From Tolypothrix carrinoi HA7290-LM1 (GTDB lineage Bacteria; Cyanobacteriota; Cyanobacteriia; Cyanobacteriales; Nostocaceae), in contig JAHHIK010000131.1 of NCBI GenBank assembly GCA_019358935.1, positions 1 to 21,444 on the forward strand: a DNA stretch of 21,444 nucleotides, written 5' to 3'. The translations under genes and the position numbers were made by a program. Every line of letters starts with the position of its first letter. The first letter of the stretch is position 1. Positions 9,109 through 17,223 of this stretch are shown piece by piece. A model generated the notes under the pieces. The model saw nothing but the letters and a program-made list of their open reading frames with translations. It searched no databases and was not told the origin of the DNA.

Positions 9109-9645
9109 TCATCGACGGTGAAATTCAACTACTTTTTCGAGAATTCTCACATCGTAGCTGTCAAAAAAATCGTGACCTAATAATCCGATGCCGGCTTTTG
9201 GAGCGATCGCTACCTCAACATTATTGACGATAGCTCCACCAACTGCAATAGATTTAACCTGACTTGTAAGGAATTGTACCCTGCTACCATCAGCAATTTC
9301 TGCTTGCATCGTACCTGTAGCTTGAAGTTTAAGGTCACTTGCCATTCCCTGAGTAATAACAGTACCACTAGCACCAGTATCTAAAATCATCTCAAAAGTT
9401 TTGCTGCTATTAAACGTCACTTCAATTACAGGAGTTTTCCCCAAACGGCGTTTAATGGGAATCCGAAAAACTCCATTATCTGATGTTGTGATACCGCAGA
9501 GGCTACCCAAACTAACCGTTTTACCCGAAGAAGTCACCATAAAACAGCCTCCAGGATCGTCAGCCATTGTCCGACGCGGAAACACCAAAATTATCAGCAT
9601 GGGAATAACCGCCATCAAAGCCAGCCAACTCCAAGCATTTTTCAT
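9109..9645 (-). CDS. Retropepsin-like (clan AA) aspartyl protease with N-terminal signal/anchor
   Basis: Catalytic ILDTGAS, IADGS flap, LLGHDF motif, and a small CFMVTSSGKTVSLGSLCG domain. Confidence 0.92.
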   Translation of the reverse strand: MKNAWSWLALMAVIPMLIILVFPRRTMADDPGGCFMVTSSGKTVSLGSLCGITTSDNGVFRIPIKRRLGKTPVIEVTFNSSKTFEMILDTGASGTVITQGMASDLKLQATGTMQAEIADGSRVQFLTSQVKSIAVGGAIVNNVEVAIAPKAGIGLLGHDFFDSYDVRILEKVVEFHRR

Positions 9646-10045
9646 ATAATGTTGCTCTTGTACCTTGTTTAAATCTGTATATTATTAGATTGCCCAAATT
9701 GAGCCGAAAAATCTAAAAGTATCCAGCAGTTTGCATTTATTATGGATTAGTATCACGCTCCAGACGCAAAGAGTAAGACTTTGCGATACTGGGTTTGATA
9801 TTTTTTTTCAGATAACTATACAATTTTATTATTAACTAATATTGAATTACACTTACTAAATACATATTACATCTAATAAATACTTAAGTAATTAAAGATT
9901 AAGTAAAGATACTTATGATATGCAGATGTATCACTTATCTAAATTTGGTTGAAATATATAGCGAAGCAACTTGGAGAGATTGGTGGCTGGCTTTTTGGAG
10001 CAGATTAATGGATTGCAGATGTTCACATAGTTTTGTATTGCGAAG

Positions 10046-10306
10046 TCAGTTGTAAACCTCTCTACGATGCCCGATCCGGTCGATGACAATTATTTATTCT
10101 TCACGATTAAATTCATAGATCACCCGGTAATCGCCAACTCTCAACTTGAAGAAGCCTGACAGATCAGCCGTTAAAGATTGCGGGTTAACTTGATCAAAAT
10201 TCTCAGCCAGCCAATTAATCTTCTTAACAACTCGCTCACGGACAGCTTGAGTCAACTTTTCCAAATCAGCAAGAGCTTCTGGTTCATACTCAATTATGTA
10301 ACTCAT
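10046..10306 (-). pseudogene. relE: RelE/ParE-family toxin with a premature TAA at 10094-10096
   Basis: RelE core LSGFFKLRVGDYRVIY. Reading through the stop gives IIVIDRIGHRREVYN*, the conserved RelE C-terminus (86 codons in total). Confidence 0.88.
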
Positions 10307-10318
10307 CTATGTAACTCA

Positions 10319-10534
10319 TCATAAACCCAAACCAAGCCTATTCATAGCCTATGACGCTGAAATACCACGAGTTCCTGTTTTTCTACGTCTTTGAATTTCC
10401 AAAAGCTCTTGCTTTAACTCTTCTTTCACCGTCATGCCTTCATCTGGATCGGGTAAAAAGTCTTCTAGCACTTCTACAACTGTTTCTCGAATCAGGGTTT
10501 TTAATTCATCAGTTGTGAGGTCTTTGACTTGCAT
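10319..10534 (-). pseudogene. Probable cognate antitoxin with a likely premature TAG at 10349-10351
   Basis: Small acidic ORF directly upstream of relE. Read-through gives GISAS*AMNRLGLGL*, ending in a TGATG overlap with a relE-type start at 10319. Confidence 0.72.
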
Positions 10535-10763
10535 AGATATAGCTTCATAATAATGCCATTAACTCAAGTTTACCCTAAATATGGTTGGCGGTAATAGCAA
10601 ATAGCGATCGCCCTGACGAATATTTCTCCTCTCTGCGCCTCAGCGACTTTGCGTGAGATTCTTCCTCCAAATCCAGGATAATGATGAAAAAGTTATCAAA
10701 CTTACCACCCCAATTGTGCTTCACTCAGTAATAGTGGCTGTATAAAAAACTGGGGGTAGCACA

Positions 10764-13700
10764 ATGTCAGGTTTGAGAAGTACTCATTGGGGCTGGTTCT
10801 TAGGAATTGCAATAACTAGTATCAGTTCTGCCAATTGTGCCATAGCCCAAATTACCCCAGATAGCAGCCTACCGAATAATTCTCGCGTCACAACACAGAA
10901 CAACATCAGCAATATTGACAGAGGAACGCAAGCAGGGAGCAATTTGTTCCACAGTTTTTTACAATTCTCGCTGCCAAATTCTGCTGATGTAGCTAATTTC
11001 CAGACTATCCCCGCAATTAATAATGTAATTGTTCGCGTCACCGGCGTGGGAGCGCCTTTTATCTCCAACATCAACGGGACAATTCAAACTAGCAATCCTG
11101 CTAACTTCTTTCTACTCAACCCCAACGGCATTATATTTGGTCGAGGTGCAGCGCTAAATATTGGTGGTGCTTTTTTAGGAACTACGGCTAGCAGACTTAA
11201 CTTTCAAGATGGAACGCAATTTAGGACAACAGATCCCACTCCTCTACTAACGATAACTGCACCCATTGGTTTGGGTTTGACCCCTGGCGCGGGGAATATT
11301 AATGTACAATCTTCACGTCTTGTTGCTGGACAAAGAACTAACAACTTTAGTGACTTTGCGCTGGTGGGGGGTAATGTATCCCTGGATAACACAACTTTAC
11401 GGACTCCGGGAGGTCGCGTGGAGTTGGGAGGATTAGCAACAGCCGGGACGGTGGGGTTAAATGTTGTTGGTAATAATCTGAGTTTGAGTTTTCCCGATAC
11501 AGTGGCACGAGCAGATGTGTCACTTAACAATAACACTGAAGTTAATGTTCTAGCTGGAGGTGGCGGTAGTATTGCAGTCAATGCCCGCAATTTAGATATT
11601 TTGGCAGGAAGTACCCTTTTGGCAGGTATAGGGCAAGGTTTAGGGACGGTTGACTCTGTTGGGGGGGACATTACGCTTAATGCCACAGGTGAAATAAAAG
11701 TTGTCGGGGAAAACAGCGGTGTCTTCAATGTTGTGTTACCGCAAGCATTGGGCAGTGGAGGGAATTTAATAATTAATACTCAGCAGTTGCTGGTGCGAGA
11801 TGGGGCAGGAGTGAGTGCTGACACATTGGGTGCAGGCAATGGTGGAAATTTGACGCTTAACACCCGTGATTTAGAGGTGCGAGATGGGGCACAAGTGAGT
11901 GCAAGCACATTGGGTGCAGGCAATGGTGGAAATTTCACCCTCACTGCTAACAACGTGCAACTAATTGGTTTTAACAGCGGTTTGTTCACTCAAGCTGACG
12001 TAGACTCAACAGGAAATGCTGGCGACCTGACAATTAACATCGGTGAGTTAGAGGTGCGAGATGGGGCAGTGGTCAGTGCTGGCACATTTGGTGCGGGCAA
12101 GGGGGGAAATTTAATTCTCAATGCTAACAACGTGCAACTAATTGGTTCTGACAGCGGCTTGTTTGCTCAAGCTGACCCAGGCTCAACAGGGAATGCCGGC
12201 AACCTGACACTTAACACCCAACAGTTGCTAGTGCGAGATGGGGCACAGGTGAGTGCTGGAACATTTGGTGCAGGTAAGGGGGGAAATTTGACCCTGACGG
12301 CTCAAGGGGTGCAACTGATTGGTTCTGGCAGCGGCTTGTTTGCTCAAGCTAACCGAGGCTCAACAGGGAATGCTGGAGACCTGACGATTAACACCCAACA
12401 GTTGCTAGTGCGAGATGGGGCACAAGTGAGTGCTGGCACATTTGGAGTAGGTAAGGGGGGAAATTTGACCCTCACGGCTGAGGGGGTGCAACTGATTGGT
12501 GGCAGCGGCTTGTTAGTTCAAGCTAACCGAGGCTCAACAGGGAATGCTGGAGACCTGACGATTAACACCCAACAGTTCCTAGTGCGAGATGGGGCAGTGG
12601 TCAGTGCTGGCACATTTGGTGCAGGCACTGGTGGGAATTTGACGCTTAACACCCGTGATTTAGAGGTGCGAGATGGGGCACAAGTAAGTGCTAGCACATT
12701 TGCTGCTGGCAAAGGGGGAAATTTCACTCTCACGGCTGAGGGGGTGCAACTGATTGGTTCTGGCAGCGGCTTGTTTGCTCAAGCTAACCAAGGCTCAACA
12801 GGGAATGCTGGAGACCTGACGCTTAACACTCAACAGTTAGTGGTGCGAGATGGGGCACAGGTCAGTGCTGGCACAAGTGGTGCGGGCAAGGGGGGAAATT
12901 TCACCCTCAATGCTAACAACGTGCAACTAATTGGTTCTGGCAGTCGATTATTGACTGGATCTGTATCAACAGGAAATGCCGGCGACCTGACAATTAATAC
13001 CCAACAGTTGCTAGTACAAGATAGGGCGGGAGTGTTTGTGAACAGTCGAGGAAGAGGGACAGCAGGCAATTTAACAGTAAATGCTCGCTCTATTCGTTTA
13101 GACAATAACGCCACCCTGACTGCTGACACCCGCAGCAACCGCATTGACCCAAATCAAGAACAGGCAACTATTACCTTACGTGCAAGAGATTTAATCTTAA
13201 CTCGTGGCAGCAACATCACTACCAACGCCACAGGCAGCAATGTCATCGGTGGCAACATCAACATTAACACCGATGTTTTAGCCGCTGTCGAAAGTAGCAA
13301 CATCAGGGCAAACTCTGCTAACTCTCGTGGAGGTCGCGTAAATATCACTACGCAAGGCTTTATTCTCTCACCCGATAGTACTATCACCGCAACTGGGGCA
13401 AATCCTGAGTTAAACGGCACTGTGGAAATCAACACACCTGATATAGACCCCACTCAAGGACTGATAAAACTGCCTGCATCTGTAGTTAGTACTCCAGTGC
13501 TAGTTTCCTCTAGCTGTGCTGCTTTTGCTGAGGAAGGAGGCAGTAAATTTACAGTCACCGGACGCGGTGGTTTACCCCCTAGCCCTGACGATTTCCTCAG
13601 CAGTGATGTGGTATGGTCAGATACTCGCCTTCTGGCTACCACAGCGCAGCAGCATCAACCCAAGACACCTGCTGCCAAACCATCATCTAAACCTAAGGCG

Positions 13701-13820
13701 ATCGCAATCGTACCTGCAACTGGCTGGGTAATCAACGACAAGGGGGAAGTAACGCTGATTTCCTCTGTGTCTAATGCTACTAATTTTGTGTCTACTCCTG
13801 TTACCTGCCCTAATCGCTGA
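10764..13820 (+). CDS. Filamentous haemagglutinin family (TpsA-like) exoprotein
   Basis: Signal peptide ending AIA-QITPD; TPS-domain motifs NLFHSF and FFLLNPNGIIFG; G/N/T-rich beta-helix repeats; C-terminal FTVTGRGGLPPSP...PATGW motif. Confidence 0.93.
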   Translation: MSGLRSTHWGWFLGIAITSISSANCAIAQITPDSSLPNNSRVTTQNNISNIDRGTQAGSNLFHSFLQFSLPNSADVANFQTIPAINNVIVRVTGVGAPFISNINGTIQTSNPANFFLLNPNGIIFGRGAALNIGGAFLGTTASRLNFQDGTQFRTTDPTPLLTITAPIGLGLTPGAGNINVQSSRLVAGQRTNNFSDFALVGGNVSLDNTTLRTPGGRVELGGLATAGTVGLNVVGNNLSLSFPDTVARADVSLNNNTEVNVLAGGGGSIAVNARNLDILAGSTLLAGIGQGLGTVDSVGGDITLNATGEIKVVGENSGVFNVVLPQALGSGGNLIINTQQLLVRDGAGVSADTLGAGNGGNLTLNTRDLEVRDGAQVSASTLGAGNGGNFTLTANNVQLIGFNSGLFTQADVDSTGNAGDLTINIGELEVRDGAVVSAGTFGAGKGGNLILNANNVQLIGSDSGLFAQADPGSTGNAGNLTLNTQQLLVRDGAQVSAGTFGAGKGGNLTLTAQGVQLIGSGSGLFAQANRGSTGNAGDLTINTQQLLVRDGAQVSAGTFGVGKGGNLTLTAEGVQLIGGSGLLVQANRGSTGNAGDLTINTQQFLVRDGAVVSAGTFGAGTGGNLTLNTRDLEVRDGAQVSASTFAAGKGGNFTLTAEGVQLIGSGSGLFAQANQGSTGNAGDLTLNTQQLVVRDGAQVSAGTSGAGKGGNFTLNANNVQLIGSGSRLLTGSVSTGNAGDLTINTQQLLVQDRAGVFVNSRGRGTAGNLTVNARSIRLDNNATLTADTRSNRIDPNQEQATITLRARDLILTRGSNITTNATGSNVIGGNININTDVLAAVESSNIRANSANSRGGRVNITTQGFILSPDSTITATGANPELNGTVEINTPDIDPTQGLIKLPASVVSTPVLVSSSCAAFAEEGGSKFTVTGRGGLPPSPDDFLSSDVVWSDTRLLATTAQQHQPKTPAAKPSSKPKAIAIVPATGWVINDKGEVTLISSVSNATNFVSTPVTCPNR
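11755..13030 (+). repeat. Internal tandem repeats of about 180 bp (60 aa) with shorter subunits in the TpsA gene
   Basis: Recurring GNAGDLTINTQQLLVRDGAQVSAGTFGAGKGGNLTLTAxGVQLIGSGSGLFAQAxxGST; gtgcgagatggggca recurs many times. Confidence 0.92.
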
Positions 13821-13830
13821 ACATTTGTCG

Positions 13831-13855
13831 GGTGCGTTACGAACAATAACGCACC
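13831..13855. terminator. REP-like hairpin between convergent genes
   Basis: GGTGCGTTA-cgaacaa-TAACGCACC is a perfect 9-bp stem. Confidence 0.6.
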
Positions 13856-13912
13856 GTAAAGAAGAGCGCACTTTACATTTCTAGGGCGATCGCAGCACCT
13901 CTAAATGCCGAA

Positions 13913-15204
13913 TCACTGGACATTTGTTGAAAATGCGTACATATATCCGTCGTTGCGGTGAATTGATTTGCAATATTTGTAACGAACTGGACTGATTTTG
14001 CCGTTGGGGGTTTTCATTTCAAAAACTCCACTTTTTCGCACCGTCAATCTACCAATATGGACACCCGCAAACTTCCCAGAGGGCAGGATTGCCCGCGCCA
14101 TGTCGCCCGTCTGAAAGCCAAAAAACTTTTTGCAACGTGTTCTATGTTTGACAGGGAATCCATATTTATTGGGTATACACATTTGGCGGCTGCCCCACCC
14201 TTTCGCCACAACTAACAAAGGTTGTGAGGTAAGGATTTGCAGCCTTTCTACTGCTCCCACACAAGCCGCATCCAGCCAATGTGTTTTGGGAAGCTTAAGC
14301 CTAGTACGATTAAATTTGGTTCTCCCGCCCGTTCCCGTCTCTACTGGCAAGCCTGTTTCCTTGAGTGCGTTAAACAATGTCCATCGGGTTGAATTAACGG
14401 CGGCTGCATCTTTTAATGGCTGTTTTGCTTGCTTCAAAATGCGAGTCAATACTTCAGGCTTTTTGGCTAGAAAATCTTTAACATCTTTATTCCCTTTGGC
14501 TTGATTACAATCGTGACAGGCAATAGTTAAATTAGAAACGCGATCGCTTCCCCCTTTTGATTTTGGATGGATGTGTTCTACCTCAAAAGGTACGTTCTCT
14601 ACGCCGCAGTAAGCGCACTCCTACCCCACTTTTCGAGCAAATACTCTCTGACTTCGTACCCAGCAAGCTCACCTCGCTGGTATTCCTTGCCGGATATCTC
14701 TCTTTTCTGCATCGCCTGAAGGTCAAACTTAACTAACTCTTGAGATAGCCCTGTAATTGGAACGTATCGAGTTATTCGCTCAACCCAGGTCATGATGTTT
14801 TTAACCCTAGAACTAAGGCTCGGTGGCAACCACCCAAGTTTTCTAGCACGGTTAAGGAATCGTGGTTTGCGGTAACGAGTTTTACGGTTACGGCGGTTAC
14901 AACGAATGGCGCGGCGCGACTCCAGATCGTTTTTAATTTGTTGACCGCGATGGGTCAATTCTGCACCCCAGATAACTTTCTCGTCTTGCAAAATTGCTAA
15001 TCCAGTGTTTTTTGAGCCTGGGTCTATTTTTAATCGATAGGCTTGCACTTGCGGATCTGAGACTGTGTATTTTAAGATGATTGTGAACGGATAACGACGA
15101 TATACAGCCGCTTGTTTCAAGCTCAATAATCGCCTCGCTTGCCCTGGTGGAACTGGTTTTAACGGTTGTTTATTGGTGTCAAGTACAAATACAAAGTTAG
15201 ACAT
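13913..15204 (-). pseudogene. iscB: IscB RNA-guided endonuclease (RRXRR/RuvC + HNH) split by a 1-nt deletion at about 14620
   Basis: PLMP-like PLKP, RuvC-I IDPGSK, Arg-rich bridge helix, RuvC-II QELVKFD. After the shift: CAYCG...[30 protein letters not shown] (HNH) and Ruv[12 protein letters not shown]. Adding one base to AGG-AG-TGC restores a 430-aa ORF. Confidence 0.93.
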
Positions 15205-15416
15205 TTTCGTCCTCTGATTACTCAGGTAATGTTTTCCTCGTCAATGCTAAAAAGGCTTGTTGGGACTAACTCACTTCCGAGTGCTAAATACAGATGTTTA
15301 AAGTTAATCGACAGAGCTAAAGACTGGAAAGCATCCTTAGGTGTCATGACCTCTTTAGCGTAGTCAACTAGTGACTTAGACTGGCTACCTTGTCCACTGT
15401 TGTCCAGTGGCTAGCG
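15205..15416 (-). ncRNA. omegaRNA / HEARO-type RNA upstream of iscB
   Basis: The minus strand carries HEARO-like blocks: CCAGTCTAAG...GACTACG...GTCATGACACCTAAGGATGC...CCAGT...AGCTCTGTCG...TTAAACA...CATTGACGAGGAAAACATTACC. It lies directly 5' of iscB. Confidence 0.85.
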
Positions 15417-15591
15417 GATAGCTGCTATTAAATCTAAGTGAAAACATCATCTCTCTCACTATAAGTATTTCTTATGTTTTGTATAGAATATTCTGTATGA
15501 ATCATCGTAGCTCGATTTTAACCTAATTGTTATATTTATTAACATAATCTCAGAAATCAATATCTCTTATTGAGATTTGAACTTCTCCTAC

Positions 15592-15621
15592 AAACCTCGG
15601 TTCATCGCACCGAGGTTTTTT
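15592..15621 (+). terminator. Intrinsic terminator with no protein gene upstream
   Basis: AAACCTCGGT-tcatcgc-ACCGAGGTTT running into a T tract. Confidence 0.75.
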
Positions 15622-15762
15622 ATTGCCAAGAAAAATCAAGGTTTGTATCAGACTAAATAAGACAAACCTTTACTCAATGCATAAAATGCTTATCTTTCTT
15701 ACGACAGGTGTCAAATCTTATATAAATTGCCAAATTTATATAAGATACCTTTTTTTCCATCC

Positions 15763-15990
15763 ATGCAACGAAAATTTTTTATATCAGTTGAAAAGAAAGA
15801 GGAATTATTTCACACAGAGCTAATCAAATGTGGCGTAGACTACCAAAAAGCTGCACAAGTTGCTCATATTTTAGCTCTGGAAAAACCAGATGAGCTTTTG
15901 ACTGAAAAAGAGATAGAACTTACTAAAGAAGTTTGTCAAGAGTGGTTAACACATCATAAACGCTTGACTTCAATTTTTAGAGACTATTAA
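15763..15990 (+). CDS. Small hypothetical protein (75 aa)
   Basis: Natural-looking helical, Glu/Lys-rich ORF starting at ATG 15763 (MQRKFF...). Confidence 0.7.
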   Translation: MQRKFFISVEKKEELFHTELIKCGVDYQKAAQVAHILALEKPDELLTEKEIELTKEVCQEWLTHHKRLTSIFRDY

Positions 15991-16037
15991 TAGTTCTTAA
16001 TTTTATTAACGTTGCCAGGGAAAAGAACTAAAAAAAA

Positions 16038-16151
16038 GTATTGTCAACTTAACCGAAAGCTGATATACCTGAAAAATACCAGCTTGACACGTACCGTGAT
16101 TTAAATTTGTTCTCAATCATTTAACACGAGTGTTTGTTAAGTTGACAGTAC
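16038..16151. mobile_element. MITE-like element of 114 bp with 16-bp terminal inverted repeats
   Basis: gtattgtcaacttaac (16038-16053) and gttaagttgacagtac (16136-16151) are 15/16 complementary. Confidence 0.7.
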
Positions 16152-16198
16152 CCACAATAAGCGCTCCCGTTAAACCTTTATTAATGCCATCATGACTC

Positions 16199-16441
16199 TC
16201 AAGAAAGCCCTGTAACCTTGATTTGTTCTTGGCTAATCTTCATCAATTCGTAGAGGTCGGAGGCATATAAATCTTCGTGACTTGGCTTGTCTGTTTGACT
16301 TGTTGCTACAATTGGATCGCCGTAAGCTTTGGTTCTGCCAATTAGTAAAAGTTTTTTGCCAGCACATTCGCCAATTAGTTGAAAATTGTAATCAGGGAAA
16401 AATTCTACATCTGTAAAGAAAGTACGATTTTTAATGGGCAT
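16199..16441 (-). CDS. Small hypothetical protein (80 aa)
   Basis: AGGAG RBS upstream of the ATG; plausible composition. Confidence 0.8.
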   Translation of the reverse strand: MPIKNRTFFTDVEFFPDYNFQLIGECAGKKLLLIGRTKAYGDPIVATSQTDKPSHEDLYASDLYELMKISQEQIKVTGLS

Positions 16442-16531
16442 TTATATCTCCTTTGTGAAACACGCTTGCAAAATGGCGATCGCCTTTTTCTCTAACCAAA
16501 GCGCTGCAAAACATTATCCGTGTTTTACCAG

Positions 16532-16732
16532 CTACAAATACGCTTTCTTGATGGATTTAGACTTTAATTTGATTAATCGTTCAATGCAAACTCTACCGAA
16601 ATTCAGTGCTTCAGCTTCTGTGAGAAAAGAGAATGACTCCTCATACTGATTTTCTTCCGACTCAGTATAATCAACACTAACGCCGTTCAACTCTTTCTTC
16701 GATTCTACAATCGACTGCTTGTAATTAATCAT
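16532..16732 (-). CDS. Small hypothetical protein (66 aa), first ORF downstream of the c-di-AMP riboswitch
   Basis: GGAGG RBS (CGGAGGCTAGGATG); acidic N-terminal half and basic C-terminus. Confidence 0.72.
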   Translation of the reverse strand: MINYKQSIVESKKELNGVSVDYTESEENQYEESFSFLTEAEALNFGRVCIERLIKLKSKSIKKAYL

Positions 16733-16772
16733 CCTAGCCTCCGTATATTTGTGGCGGTTGGCGAGGTGGGTG

Positions 16773-16812
16773 AAAAAACAGAATACATCACTGCCAATAA
16801 TAACAGTGATGC
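16773..16812 (-). terminator. Terminator-like hairpin in the riboswitch leader (possible expression platform)
   Basis: Minus strand reads GCATCACTGTTA-TTAT-TGGCAGTGATGT, then ATTCTGTTTTTT. Confidence 0.6.
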
Positions 16813-16869
16813 TAGTTAGAAGAGCAAAAAGACAAATGCTTACAGCAAGCTTATGTCAAAGGTACTCCT

Positions 16870-16995
16870 CCCAATGCCGACGGAGTTAGCTGACGGGCTA
16901 AGACTGGAAGGTGTCTTTCTCTAAAAAGAGATTCGCCCCAATTACTGGTTCCTCCGCTTCTAATCTAGCTTGGCTAGATTGAATTAGGCGATTTT
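16870..16995 (-). promoter_or_regulatory. c-di-AMP (ydaO/yuaA) riboswitch
   Basis: Minus strand carries the conserved ydaO blocks in order: AGCGGAGGAACCA, TGGGGCGAATCTC...GAGA, and AGCCCGTCAGCTAACTCCGTCGGC. Confidence 0.92.
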
Positions 16996-17092
16996 ACCCA
17001 CTTATTTTATTAATAAAATATACTGAGATGTCCTAATAGTCAAGAGGGAATAAGCTCGGAAATTACTTAGGATTTACCATTGGATCGCGGTA

Positions 17093-17217
17093 GGGGATGA
17101 GGGGGCAGGAGGAGGAGGAAGACAAGGGAGATGGGGAAGACAAGGGAGAAATTTTTTCCAGGAGTCCCCCTTGTCCCCCTTGTCTCCCTTGTCCCCCTTG
17201 TCCCCCTTGTCTCCCCT
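17093..17217. repeat. Composite palindromic 9-mer element, intergenic copy
   Basis: (GACAAGGGA)-like arm, spacer gaaattttttccaggagt, then (TCCCCCTTG)n arm; immediately after the GH65 stop. Confidence 0.9.
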
Positions 17218-17223
17218 ACTTCC

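Larger units (their letters stand above)
13908..15416 (-). mobile_element. Non-autonomous IscB (OMEGA/ISC) insertion element with no transposase; boundaries approximate
   Basis: omegaRNA plus iscB, bounded by imperfect inverted repeats at 13913-13933 and 15390-15410. Confidence 0.75.

Noticed and set aside
10784..13871. Multiple minus-strand and alternate-frame ORFs within or overlapping the TpsA gene
   Set aside because: They are antisense or alternate-frame shadows of a repetitive coding sequence with no independent motifs.
14605..14635. Programmed ribosomal frameshift in iscB
   Set aside because: There is no X XXY YYZ or A-run slippery site at the junction (TGGGGTAGGAGTGC), so a deletion or sequencing error is simpler.
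14130..15363. Plus-strand ORFs 14130-14504 and 15166-15363
   Set aside because: They are antisense to iscB and the omegaRNA and show no transposase (HUH or serine) motifs.
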